DNA of 64,000 nucleotides from Oculina patagonica (Eukaryota): NCBI RefSeq assembly GCF_052425735.1, contig NC_135761.1, positions 44,516,001 to 44,580,000 of the forward strand, read 5' to 3'. Shown piece by piece: positions 25,585 to 38,000 of this stretch (position 1 is its first letter; each line of letters starts with the position of its first letter). The notes under the pieces were generated by a model. It saw only the letters and a program-made list of their open reading frames with translations, ran no database searches and was not told where the DNA came from. The position numbers and the translations under genes were made by a program.

Positions 25585-28500
25585 GTGAGTTCTGATAATA
25601 ATTTACAGCAAATAACAATAATAACAATTGTATCAGAGAAGGATGGCTGTGTGAAACTAGAGGTTTCTTTGAATACGTTATCCACACAAGGCATCCAGCA
25701 GAGGAATGTTTATTCAGTCGTTCATTTATTATTTCGTTTATCAACTTTAACTTTATTACTTTCGTTTATCAAACTTTTACTTTATTACTTTGTTATCTTA
25801 TTCCCCGAAGTATTTGTGTTTCCGCAGTTGTTATTAATTCATTTTTTGTTATAGACCAAAATCTCCGTTTGGAAAGAATGGTCGCACTAAAGACGTTGGT
25901 TCTTCACTTTGTCCGAAACCATTTAATAAAGAAGGAAAACAAACATTAAGTTCATAGAGGGGTATAAGAGAGTTGAAGAGAAAACTGAATGAATGACAAA
26001 AACGCTTAAAATGTACATTCCGTGAGTTACATTAGGTCCTTCTCGCGATCTTCTTTATTCAGCAATATTTTATTCACACTCACTCGATTATTCAATCACC
26101 TAAACACCCAATGTTATTGCCAGATTGATTAATTTATTGACCATCAGTTATTTTTGATGATTTGCTTCTCGGTTTAGTTGGTTAGTAAGCGTTCTTTCTA
26201 AGTTTTTGGCTAGTTTGCCGTTGTTCACTGTTTTTTTTTTCCTTCTCTTTTTTTGTTATCCGTAAACAGGATTACCAAAGAAAGTCAGTTAAATTAGTAA
26301 AAAGCGTGTTCGAAAATGATTTGATTATACTGCAAATGTATGGCGAGCAAATGATATACTGACGTTTATTTCTTTTGTCAGGTGAGGAGCCAGACTACTC
26401 TGGACAAAACCAAAATAGCAGCCGGAAAAAGAAAAATCACCTACACTTATTGATAACTTTGCGTAAATGTAACTTAAATGAAGGAAATACAATAAAATAC
26501 AGGTTATGTCCTTTTGCTGTGTGTCCTTACTTGCTTATCGTTCTTTGTTTTTGGCCTTTTTACATTTGTTTCTGCCTCAGCTTCAGTTCTGTCTTTCAAC
26601 CTTTATTATTCCTTCCTCTCTTCCTCTCTCCCTAGCATACCTTATCCCTTTTATCCATTTCTATAATGTTTCATTTCATCCCTTCTTTTCTCTCCCGCTC
26701 TCATTCATTCTCTCATTCTTCTCTATTATCCTCGTTTTTACTCTCTTTCCAAAAACATACTATGCAATAATGGCGAGAAGTATTCATCTTTAAATTTAAT
26801 CCGCAATCAGTCGTAAAATATATATGACATCCTAACATTTCCACTTTCAAAAATAAATACTCTTAATCATTACACAATTGTATAACGTTTTGCTAAAAAA
26901 AAAATATAGCCATCAAAAACTGTTTACCGTGTAAATATCAAAGCTGGTAGACACATGACACTACCATCAAATGTTTCAGCTAAATTTAGTGGTTGTACCA
27001 TAAATTGCTTTTCTTTAATAACAGGTCTTCAGATGTACGAGTGTTTGCTTGATACTTTTATCACACCGGTTTTTTCATTACTTCACAATGTTTACGCTAT
27101 TTCGAGTAGCAAGCTTAACGAATTGAAACATGGTATGCGGTTTTCAGTGTTCTTCACTAAGGCTCTGGCTTTTCACCATTTCAGAAAACAGTCCACCTTT
27201 TTTTATCAACACCTCAGGTTTCTCAAACTCCGCCACACGTCCGCCATCAAGAACCAGCACCTTATCATAGTCCATGATGGTGTTGAGTCGACGAGCAATG
27301 GTCAGCACCGTAGAATCCTTGAATTTGTCACGAATGACTTCCTGGATCAGACGATCAGTCTTGAAATCCACATTAGCAGTGGCTTCATCCATGATGATGA
27401 TGTTGCTTTTCAGTACCAATGCCCGAGCCAAACATAACAACTGCCTCTCGCCAACGCTCAAGTTTGTTCCAGACTCTCTTAGTTTAAATTGTAGTTGTCC
27501 TGGAAGATCTTTAACAATGACCTTTAACTGCACCTCTTCCAAAGCTTCCCAGAGTTCGTGATCGTGATGTTGCGAAAATGGATCGAAGTTCCTTCTCAGA
27601 GTACCTCCAAAAAGAACTGGATCCTGAGTTATAACGGCCATGGACTTGCGGGCATCTTGAAGGTTGATAGATGCAATATCAACACCATCGATTAACACCT
27701 GAAAAATGGACGGTTGATTCAAGGTTAGCTCTAATCTAACGTGATGAGAGCAATCTGGCCGAAAACTGCGATTGCTTTGTCAGTTGTCATTTATTGTACA
27801 AAACTGTCTGAACACTGTTATTGTTAATAATTTGCGGTGCAAATAAGTCTCCCCGAAACAAGTCAAAACAGAGCACTGAATCCCTTATAAGAGAGAAGAA
27901 TTGTGACAAGAAACACTTTATTCACCTTTCCTGAGGGTTCTGGCATACGAAACAGAGCAGATACCAATGATGACTTTCCAGCACCGGTGCGACCAACAAC
28001 TCCAATCTTCTCTTTACTAGGAACACAAAAGCTGATGTTCTTTAAGATTTGGGGACCTCCTTTAAAGTAAACCAATGAAAGGTCCTGCATGACTAAGCTT
28101 CCTTCATTGGGCCAGGACTCTGGAGGACGGGTTTCATTGCTGTAGCCAGGCTCGGAATCTATTTCAGTATACGTCATTACACGTTCCACCGACGTCATGA
28201 CGTTTTCCACATCTGAGGTCAATCGCACGGTATATTGAGTTAGGTCCAATGCTTGTAGTGCGTAGGTAAGAGCGAGGCCTGCTAAAGCTATTAAAAAAGA
28301 TCAGTAACTTCGTCACCTTTTGTAACAACATGCATGTTGTAGTTGCCACACTAGACCGTTTAAACTTTAGGTGGTATTTAACAAGTTTTCAGTTTGTTTG
28401 TTTTTTCGCACAAACTTTAATCCCACGGAGAAATTGTTCCACCTGTTATCTAGTTTCCCAAGATATCAGAACTTTTAAACGACTTAACTACCTCCGTCAA

Positions 28501-28987
28501 TTACTTGTTTCACAGTATACTGATTCCAGCTATTCGGCTGTAATAAACTCGCATATATTTACATAGCACGACGGTGGTTTAGGGAAAATACCGGCCAGCT
28601 CATACCCGGACAAAAATACAGCAACAGTGGACTGCAAATTAAGCATTATGTCCTGTTTGGTTCACTTATTAAGCCATTGGCTTTTTTAAGTTAGCGATTT
28701 TCACTGGGCAGAAGCATCTTACTACATGACTAAAATAGATTAGAGAGCCTAGAACAAATTATATAACCATTCAGTTTTATGGCCGGTTTAACAGGGTGGC
28801 ATTTTTACAGCTCTTTTTCAAATATGAAGTCGTGTAATAAATCTCTTATCAACCAAGCCCGCTCGAGACCGTACGGTTAGAATAACAGCCTTTAGTTGTG
28901 CCTGTACGGACCTAGCTGCGCTCCATCCGTTCTGCCAAGATCTGTATTGGGCCAATGTTTAGTATGTTCTGTTCATACAGCCATCTT

Positions 28988-29025
28988 TAACAATTACACT
29001 ACGAGCCCGAGTTTTCTATGAGCAA

Positions 29026-29061
<36 letters not shown>

Positions 29062-29283
29062 ATAGAAAACGACGGCGAATAGTCTAATTGTTTTAGTAGA
29101 AACTCTAAAGGATTGCAGTCCAAAACCTACAATATTGTGCACTTTGAAGACAAAAATCAAGAAAATTTACCACTTAAAGAGCTACTCGCGCGCGCGACTG
29201 TTTTCTATCGGCGAATAGAAAACAGTGGGAGAACCAATCAGATTCGCGGATTTCCAATAGAACACACCTGAGTTTCTACTAAA
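28988..29283 (+). mobile_element. Hairpin-ended non-autonomous element (Crypton-like architecture)
   Basis: Imperfect palindrome 28989-29092 centred on CGAGGCGCAGCCGAG, followed by TTTAGTAGAAACTC whose inverse GAGTTTCTACTAAA ends the element; CCAATCAG ~45 nt from the end. Confidence 0.7.
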
Positions 29284-29699
29284 TTTTGTTATTTGTTTAT
29301 CACGGGGCCAATAGTAAAACGTTTTAGCTTCCTCCAGAATGTTACATTTCTCAGTTGTAATGAAACTGTCTCGTAGTACCCAACCTGTATGACTAGAGTT
29401 TACCCTCACTAACTCACCAGGATTTTCTGTGACCAAGATGGCAGCCACAGCAACAACTAGAACAAATACACCAGAAAATAAATCCAGGCGGAATCCTAAC
29501 CAGCGGTTACAGGACACCAGCATAAAAAAGGCTAGTGTGTTTTCGTTCTGATACCTAAAAAAATCAATATGTCAGAGGCCTATTTTCAACTCCACCTTGG
29601 AGACCCGGCGTTTATTCGGTACCCGGCGTTAAATCGAGAAAATACGGTATGTGTGCTCAATAGAGGTAGATAACTTCACGGTTATGTATATCATCTTAA

Positions 29700-30235
29700 A
29701 GAGGCTCACAATAGTTTTACGGTCGCCTGAGGCCTGGGTCCAAACCTCGCGAATCACGCGCGGCGCTCGCGGGATTTTTAGCCATGAAGAAGAAAAACAA
29801 ACATGGCGGCGCGTTAATTTTTTTGTCGAAGTCTATTTTTGTCCAGTTTTCAGAGAAAATCGCGTTTTCACGACATTTTTAGCCGCACAAAGTCTTTATT
29901 GTTACTATTAGCTGACGAAAAAAGGTTTGCCGATCAGCATACATAGTGCCGAGGAGAAAATTTTATGTACGCGCTGCGATCGATCGTGTAGATCCCGGAG
30001 GGGACTTCCAACCAAAGTTACGAAATTCCCGTTCGAAGCTCCATGATGGTTCTTATTTACACCCATATACTGTTGCTATGGTAACAGGTGATGACGTCAT
30101 ATGATTATATTTTGGTTCCCTGACGATCGAGCTAGTAGCTATTCCCAAGAAATTGTAAAAAGAAATGTTATTTTGTTTTATTGAATCCCTTAAATGTAGA
30201 AGTGCTAGAAAACCTTAAAACTATTGTGAGCCTCC
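29700..30235. mobile_element. Kolobok-like MITE
   Basis: TTAA|AGAGGCTCACAATAGTTTT ... AAAACTATTGTGAGCCTCC|TTAA. Confidence 0.8.
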
Positions 30236-32864
30236 TTAAGCACTATTCAAGGAAAAACTGAGAAATATTAAGGCTTCAACGTTATTCGCATCCCTGACCA
30301 TCTTTGCGACTCGGGTGACATCCTAGTTGTGAGAATTGAAAGGAAGTGTTACGATGTTCCGCCTGACTGTGAACAGTAAAGGAAAGTAAAGAATTATATG
30401 TCCCATCCCTTTTGAGGCTCGTCACTCGACGCATCTATGTACTTAGCGTTGGATTTTCCGTTTAATTTTTTTTATTTTTCAAACTGACTTCAAGCAGTCT
30501 ACGGATATTTTTTTCACCCCATCTACAATGACCATGCAAAATGATCAAAAATAGAAAGAAAATAAACAATTCTTGTTGGAAACGTTGCTGAAAGGATATA
30601 AAAAGGACGGGGCGGGGGTTGTTTTCGGATTAGAAAAATTAATATGAAGCATCTTAGTGATGAAATCCAGTATTTTGTAATTACAATCATCAAAGGGTAA
30701 CAATCGACAGATGGGGACAAAAAATCAGCATGTAGCTAGCGACGGCAAACTTTAATATTTATTCTTCCCTAGTTGTGACATACTGCAAAGGATTTAATTT
30801 TGATTACGAGGGAGTAAAGGAGCTCATATTTTTCCAAAACGTTTTTGCTAAATACGTGCTAATTACCTGCAGTGCAATGGTGACTATCGTATAAGTTGTG
30901 TCAAAGGTTAAAGATAGGGCAAGGCTTTTACGTCAAATCACGTACGTTTCCTAATGGATAAGTTTGCTACTAACCTGTGAAGCCTATCTAGGAAAGTCCT
31001 ACTCATGTTTGACGTGTGCACGATTTCAAGTCCATTTGCTGTTTCCGTGATGTGTGAGTACACAGGGCTGCATTTGATGGCCTCAATCCTCTTCAGCTCT
31101 CTGGAAGATTTCAGGTAATAACGTGCGTAGTAAACGAATATGCCAATCATAGGAATGAGGGCCAAGAAGAGCCAGTAATTAGTGGCAGCCGGAACCAATA
31201 CGACGCAAAGCGAGAAAAGACCAATGATGGAAGCTTGTAAGAAGACAGGCGGCAGAACATCATCCATACAGCCGACATCTTTGGAAAATCGATTCAAGAT
31301 ACGCCCGGCCGGGTTTGTGTCGAAAAACAACACGGGGGCTTTCATGGTCGTCAGAGTTATTTTATTATGAAGGTTTTCAGCCGATTTCAGAAGGAAGAAG
31401 TAAAAGAAATACGACGAGGCTGTCATGACAAGAAACGATAAAGCCACCAGACATGCGTGAATGACATGAGTGCCGGGTTCTTTCTGTTCGTCACGTGACA
31501 TCTGCGCCATTCTAGACAACCACCAGTTTGGGGCTATGAGGCAAACTGAAAAAGGCGGTAAACAAACGCTGAAACTATTTTATGGTGAATTAAAAAGACA
31601 GTTACTGGATGTTTATTCCAGCAGACTTCTTTAGACATCAACTAAACAGACGGAGACTGCATTCTCTACTGACCATGCGAATTCCCATGTGTTTTTCGTA
31701 AAGTATTTACATTCTTGAGATAAGTTCTAGTGTTGAAGAAGACGTTTTAGATTGCGTTAGCTTACTTTACCCTTAGCGACAAAAGTATATATGTTTTTGT
31801 TTGTTTTAATACTACGGTATGATTGCTTGGAAATAGTACAAATTTAGTAAAATCTGGTGACTGTATTTTCAATACCCAATGGACCCAAAAAAAAAATGTC
31901 AAAAAAGAAAAAAAACATGATTACGGATTTACGTACACATCACCATCATCATCAAGTATTGAATAGTTATTACCTTGAGCCAATGTTGACATAATTGCGA
32001 GCAATATTATAAAAGGAACATGCAGTCCTTCCTTAAAATAATCCCAGTAGAGCCGCCATGTCACAGTACCAGCCACATTACTTTCCAGCTCTTCTTTAAG
32101 ATCAAGGACTTGTAGGCGATCACTCTCGGGCACGTCATGTGTACTTGGGAGAACCGCAACATAAGAATTGTCAACGCTATTATCTCCCTGTGTGAGTGTG
32201 GGTAACTCTAGATCGCCTACAAATGCCTCGTTAACTCTTCCTGCTGCTTGTTCCGAGGGGATTGAACGTCCGTGTGTCACCTCCATGTTCTGTGTGCTAT
32301 TCAATTCATAAACACTTGTACAGTGTGTAGTCTCAGGCTCCTCGCCATTAAGACGTTCAGACATTTCCAACATTCCCAGAAATGCACCCTGCTCTTTAAG
32401 CTGCGTGTACTCTCCCAGATGAATGATTGAACCCTTTTCCATCACAGCTATGCGATCCACGTCTTTCAAATATTGTAGCTGGTGGGTGACAAGCAAGCGA
32501 ATGCGACCCGATAAATGGCCGAAAATGCAACTGTGGAAGAGATCCCGTCCTACGTTAGTGTCGACTGCACTCAGTGGATCGTCCAGAAGATAAATATCAG
32601 CCTCTGAATACACTGCACGAGCTAAACCCACACGTGCTTTTTGGCCTCCACTGAGGGTCACTCCACGCTGCCCGATCTCTGTGAGGTCGCCATTGGAGAA
32701 GTCTGCCAAGTCTTTAGTCAAACCGCACACCTCAACAACACGTTGCAATTTTTCCTGGTTAAATGGCAGGCCAAACAAAATGTTCTCCCTTATAGTCCCA
32801 GAAAACACCCAGGGTATTTGAGGAACATAGGCAACTTTTCCTCGATGTGATATCACTCCATTAC

Positions 32865-33136
32865 ACAGAGGTAGTTCTCCAAGGATAGTTGTTAACAGGG
32901 AGGATTTTCCACTTCCCACTGAACCTGTTACTGCTAACATGTCACCATCAAAAACATTGAAAGTAATACCACTCAAGGTCTCAGTGAGATCCTGGCTCCA
33001 AGAACAAGATGCGTCAGATATTGAGAGATAAGGCGTTTTTGAGCTCTCGCTTTTCGTTTCTTCACTGGTTAATTTGGCAGTTACTTTGCCTACTGATGTC
33101 TTCAATTGAACCTCGCGAAATATGCTAGAGAAAATA
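32865..33136. repeat. Left copy of the 272-bp target-site duplication
   Basis: Matches 46395-46666 (offset 13530) with no difference seen by eye. Confidence 0.93.
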
Positions 33137-33276
33137 ATGAGAATGAGAATGATAATCAAGAATGAGCATGTGCGTGGTTGAGGGAAGACGTGTTTTTTGA
33201 GCAGCGTAACCTTCCCCGTCCTCAACGACCGAAAACGGGTCAGAAACAAAAACTTTAAATGTTAGAAAAGGTTTAA

Positions 33277-34164
33277 ATGTCAGACAAAGCAAAAAAGAAC
33301 AAGCGAGGCGACCGAGGATCCCTAGACGACGAAAACATCGAGCCAAAGCGCCAACAAACCGAAGAAGCGCTTAACGACATGGCGGCCAACACTGAGGCGA
33401 CATGGGCAAGCGATAAAGAGCCAACTTTGACGGAAATCAAAGATATACTGGTGGGCCTTCAAAAATCAGTCTCCAAAATACTGATAGAAAACCAGTCCCT
33501 CAAAGAAGAACTGTCGCATCTAAGGGCATCAGTTAATTCACAGGGACGCGACTTCGATAAAGTTAAAGTCACCTTAGACCGCGTAACGAAAGAAAATCAA
33601 TCGCTTAAAGTCCAGCTACACCACACTACGGAAAAATTAAACAAACAAGTGGAGGAAACAGATAAACTGTGGTTTTCTCACGATGATCTCGAACAGTATT
33701 CGAGAAAAAATTCATTGGAAATCGACGGTGTACCTGAAGAATGCTACACGTCCACGGAAGAAGTGGTCTTAAAAGTGGGAAATGCGCTCAACGTCGAAAT
33801 ATCACCTCAAGACATTGAGATTTCGCATAGAATAAATCGCCGTGGCAGCAAGCCGATCTTAGTGAAGTTTATAAGCCACAAAGTGAAGACACGTTTGTAT
33901 AAAGAAAGAGTTAAACTGAAAAACGTTAACTTGAAAGATCTATTCCCGAGCTATGCCAGTGCGGCGAGAGGCGAGAGCACTAGAATCTTCATAAATGAAA
34001 ATTTGACCAACTATAGACGATTCCTCGTCGGAACGGCGAACAAGATGAAACGTGATGGAATCTTTGTGAGTGTATGGACAATCGATGGTAAGATTTTTGC
34101 AAAAACTTCGCCGGATGGTAGCCCTATCAAAATCCGCTGCGAGGAGGACCTTGAGGCAATTTAA
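33277..34164 (+). CDS. LINE ORF1p (coiled coil plus RRM-like domain), 295 aa
   Basis: LEQYSRKNSLEIDGVPE, DIEISHR, PILVKF, IFINENLT, VWTIDGKIF; homologous to 63200-63936. Confidence 0.88.
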   Translation: MSDKAKKNKRGDRGSLDDENIEPKRQQTEEALNDMAANTEATWASDKEPTLTEIKDILVGLQKSVSKILIENQSLKEELSHLRASVNSQGRDFDKVKVTLDRVTKENQSLKVQLHHTTEKLNKQVEETDKLWFSHDDLEQYSRKNSLEIDGVPEECYTSTEEVVLKVGNALNVEISPQDIEISHRINRRGSKPILVKFISHKVKTRLYKERVKLKNVNLKDLFPSYASAARGESTRIFINENLTNYRRFLVGTANKMKRDGIFVSVWTIDGKIFAKTSPDGSPIKIRCEEDLEAI

Positions 34165-34731
34165 TCTGTCTTCGTCATGGAAAACTTTCAAAATTAACTT
34201 GTGTTTACGAGTTTTTGAACTATTTAATATCAGTCAATTAGACACTGAACTTACTCGTTGTACATTCTAAAAAGGATGGGGACAGGCTTAGGTGAAGGAG
34301 GTAAGAGGCTCACAGTAGACTTTTTTTATTACTCCATTTTCTATATAAGGTATATAGAAATAATTATTATTATTTTCCCCGTGTTTTTTTTATTGTCCTT
34401 GTGATCGGTTTTTGTTATTGTCGTTTTTGTAAACATGTGTAGCAAGCCAGTATGCAGAATCACTCCTTCAGTTAGTAAAAAAGCCACCTTTAAAAGAAAA
34501 ACCAAAAAAGTGTTTGTACCAAGGTTTCAAAGGTTTAAAAAAAAAATATTGGGCTAAATTGCAGAATACCCCGCAACTAAAGCTGTTCCGCGTAGCCACC
34601 GAAAATGGCTACGCGGACCGTCCGATCAAACGCTACTGGGAACGAAAGTAGTTTGTAAGAATAATTTTCTCACTCGTCAACGTGTTTTTAATCGCTGACT
34701 AAATTTTTGTCGGGTGTATTTCGCGGTGAGG

Positions 34732-34860
34732 TCCACTTTAGTTTGCTTGCGGTTAGTTCCACTCTGGTTTGCTTGCGGTTAGTTCCACTCTGGTTTGCTT
34801 GCGGTTAGTTCCACTCTGGTTTGCTTGCGGTTAGTTCCACTCTGGTTTGCTTGCGGTTAG
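34732..34860. repeat. 26-bp minisatellite, ~5 copies (GTTTGCTTGCGGTTAGTTCCACTCTG)
   Basis: Units start at 34741, 34767, 34793, 34819 and 34845. Confidence 0.9.
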
Positions 34861-35072
34861 CTTTTATTTGTTTGTAAGGGAAGCACACTAAAACTAACTA
34901 AAGCCGTTTGTTCGAAGGTCGAAAGCTATTGCCGTTCAACAACATTCATTTTATACGAAACAGGACGAGGTAAGATTTTGACAATTATCGATTCACTGTG
35001 TTATTAATTTTGTAGTTTCTCGTTGTTCGTCACAATTTCGAAACACAAATATTTTTATTTGCTTGATGGCAT

Positions 35073-38000
35073 TGTTGGATCTTACATATTTCGCGCCCTT
35101 TCAGATCCCTTAGGAATTCTATTATATCATTAGCTTTTGTTTTTACTTTTATATTTAAATTCACGGCGTCGTTTAGTTAGTTTTCCGTCATAGTGTTGTA
35201 CGAGCTGTAGCGCAGTTTTCTGCAGTTTTCGCCTGTCTTATACAGATAACCACTTTCGCGGCCACAGCGCCAAAAAAATTTTAAACCTCGCTAAATACCT
35301 CGCTAAAGACATCGCTTAAGACACTGAACTTCAATCTAAATATACTGTTTACCGTGTGAGAGTTTACTATTGTGTTGTTTACTGGTCGCGAGAATTTATT
35401 TCGCCTTATGGCAGCTACATAAGTTTAAAATTTTTGAGTTTACCTGGATACAATGGATGCCATCCAAGAAGTTCCCGATGATCCTGGCGTTCGTGCCAGC
35501 GCTCGCACGAGGGTGCCGAGTAAACATCTTGATCAGGAAGGCGTTCTCTTTGAGAAACTTCGTCGTCTCAAAAAGGAAAGATCTGGTTATCTTTCGGCTG
35601 TAACTTCGAAGAGGAACGAAATTGACGCGCTCTTATTATACGAGGAGAACATTCAGCTTGTGAAGGAGAAAATGCCTGGTTTTTTGGCTGCATTTGAAGC
35701 ATTTAAGGAGGCTCATGTAACTTATTTGTCGAATCTTCAAGACGAGACAAGCGCGACAAGATGTCAGGAACAATTTGATTACGAGTCTTCGCAAGCAGAC
35801 AACTTCTGTCAAAAGGTTCGAGAGTGGATTAGAAGTGTGGAATTTTCGCTAAGCTTAAACTCTGAAATCAACCCTGAGGACTCTGCGAGTCAGATCGCTT
35901 CTCGTACCTATTCTAAGTCTTCAGCAAGACAATCACGTCGTTCCAATCGTAGTGGTTCACAAAGAAGCAGTACCTCATCCTTAACGGTTGTACGAGCAAA
36001 GGAAATAGCTCGTATCGCGGAGCTGAAAGCAGAGGCAGCTGCGTTTAAGAAACGTCAAGCGTTAGAAGAACAAAGGTTTCGTTTGCAACAAGAGCAAGAG
36101 CGTTTAACACTGGAAACCGAAATCGCTAAGTCCGAAGCCAAACAACAAATTTTAGCCACAATCATGGAAGCCGACCCGCGTTCGTTTGTGCCGTGCCCGA
36201 CAACTTTTGTGCCCAAAGTAAGCAAGGGAAATGTTCCAACACCGAGCGTCACAGGAAATAAGCCATTACCAGTCAAAGATGGCCGCCATTCTACCGTTGA
36301 TCCGGAATTACCTGATCATGAATTGTTCAAACTTCCAGAATTACCTGACAAGAAAGCATGTCCCGCAGAATCTGAACACTCTGCGGCTTCATCGTCGCCG
36401 AGCTTGAGGGCTTTCAATGAAATGCTAGAGCTTCATCAGCACCAAAACGACCTTCAGCGGCAGCAGAATAAAATCGTGGAAATGCTGGCGACACAACAGA
36501 AGAAAAGTAATCTTCCCCAGCAGCGGGTTCCAGTTTTCGATGGTGATCCAATAGAGTACGGCCCGTTCGTCAGAGCATTTGAAAACATCATTGAGACTAA
36601 AACCTCAGATAGCAATGAAAGGCTATACTATCTCGAACAGTTTACCAGCGGCGATGTTAAAGAGCTTGTTCGTTCATGTCATTTTCTTCCACCAGACAAG
36701 GGTTACCAAGAAGCTCGACGGCTATTGAAAAAGAAGTTTGGTGACGATTATCGCGTCGTAACCGCCTATGAAAGCAAGGCACTGAATTGGCCTGAGGTGA
36801 AACCAGAGGACAGCACCTCCCTGAACAAATTTTCTATTTTCCTTATGAGGTGCAAAAACGCAATGGTAAGCAGCAAATACCTGTCAAAGCTCGAACAGCC
36901 TGATACCATTCAGAAGTTAATTATGAAGTTGCCCTTCAACTTAAGGAGAACATGGCGCCGTTTGGTAGACCGTATCATGGAAACTGAAGAGAGGAACGTT
37001 TCGTTTAGCGATCTTGCGGAGTTCGTTGAAAATGAAGCGAGAGTGAACGACAATCCCGTGTTTGGGAAAATTGTTGAAGATGCGAAACCTAAACAGAGCT
37101 CGCGAAGTAGTCGTCCGCCGAAGAAACCTGACGAGAAGAAGAAGAGTTTTGGTGCGCAAGTGAGTGGTGATAAGAACCCACCTGCTGGAGCGCAAATGAG
37201 TGATGTTCAGACCCCGCCTACTGGTGTGTCACCTCTTGGATCAGCCCCCTCAACTGTGGATGTCTTGTGTTCGTACTGTAACTCTGGGCACGCCTTAGAC
37301 ACCTGTGATGCCCTCAGGCGCCTCCCATATCAGGATCGAATTCAATTCCTCGTATCTAAGCACCTTTGTTTTGGTTGCTTGTCCGCTGACCATACAGCAA
37401 GAGCTTGCCCGGAAAAGAAAACATGTACGGTTGCTAACTGTGGCAAAAAGCATCTAACAATCCTTCACACGAACACTGCAAGTCGAAATCGACCGACTGA
37501 TACTCCGTCTACAGGTACCTCGCCCACCGAGGAGTCTGCGCGCGTTCGTAACGCGATGATTAACCTACCCCGCTCGAAAATAGGCATGGCTGTTGTTCCA
37601 GTTAAGGTTTGGTCGAAGTCGACAAGAACACAAGTGATGACCTACGCCTTTTTGGACAGTGGTAGTTCCTCATCATTCTGTACAGAATCTTTGATGAAGC
37701 AGTTAGGAGTCAGTGGCTCGAGAACTCAGATTTCCTTGACAACGTTGGAAAAGAAGAACAGTCTTTTAGACAGCTTCGTTGTGAAAGATCTTGTCATTTC
37801 CGATCTGGATGAAAACGTCCTAATTGATTTGCCAGCACTCTACACGAGACCAGAAATACCTATTTCAAAAGGGGACATTCCTACTCAGCGTGACATTGAC
37901 CAATGGCCGCACTTGTGCGGAGTACACCTACCTGAAGTTAATGCTGAAATCGGTCTTCTCATTGCCTGTGACGTCCCCACAGTCTTCGATCCTTTGGAAG

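Noticed and set aside
34732-34860. Regular 26-bp repeats (and those at 42028-42250) as a CRISPR array
   Set aside because: The units are contiguous and near-identical with no unique spacers, there are no cas genes, and they lie inside a eukaryotic transposon.
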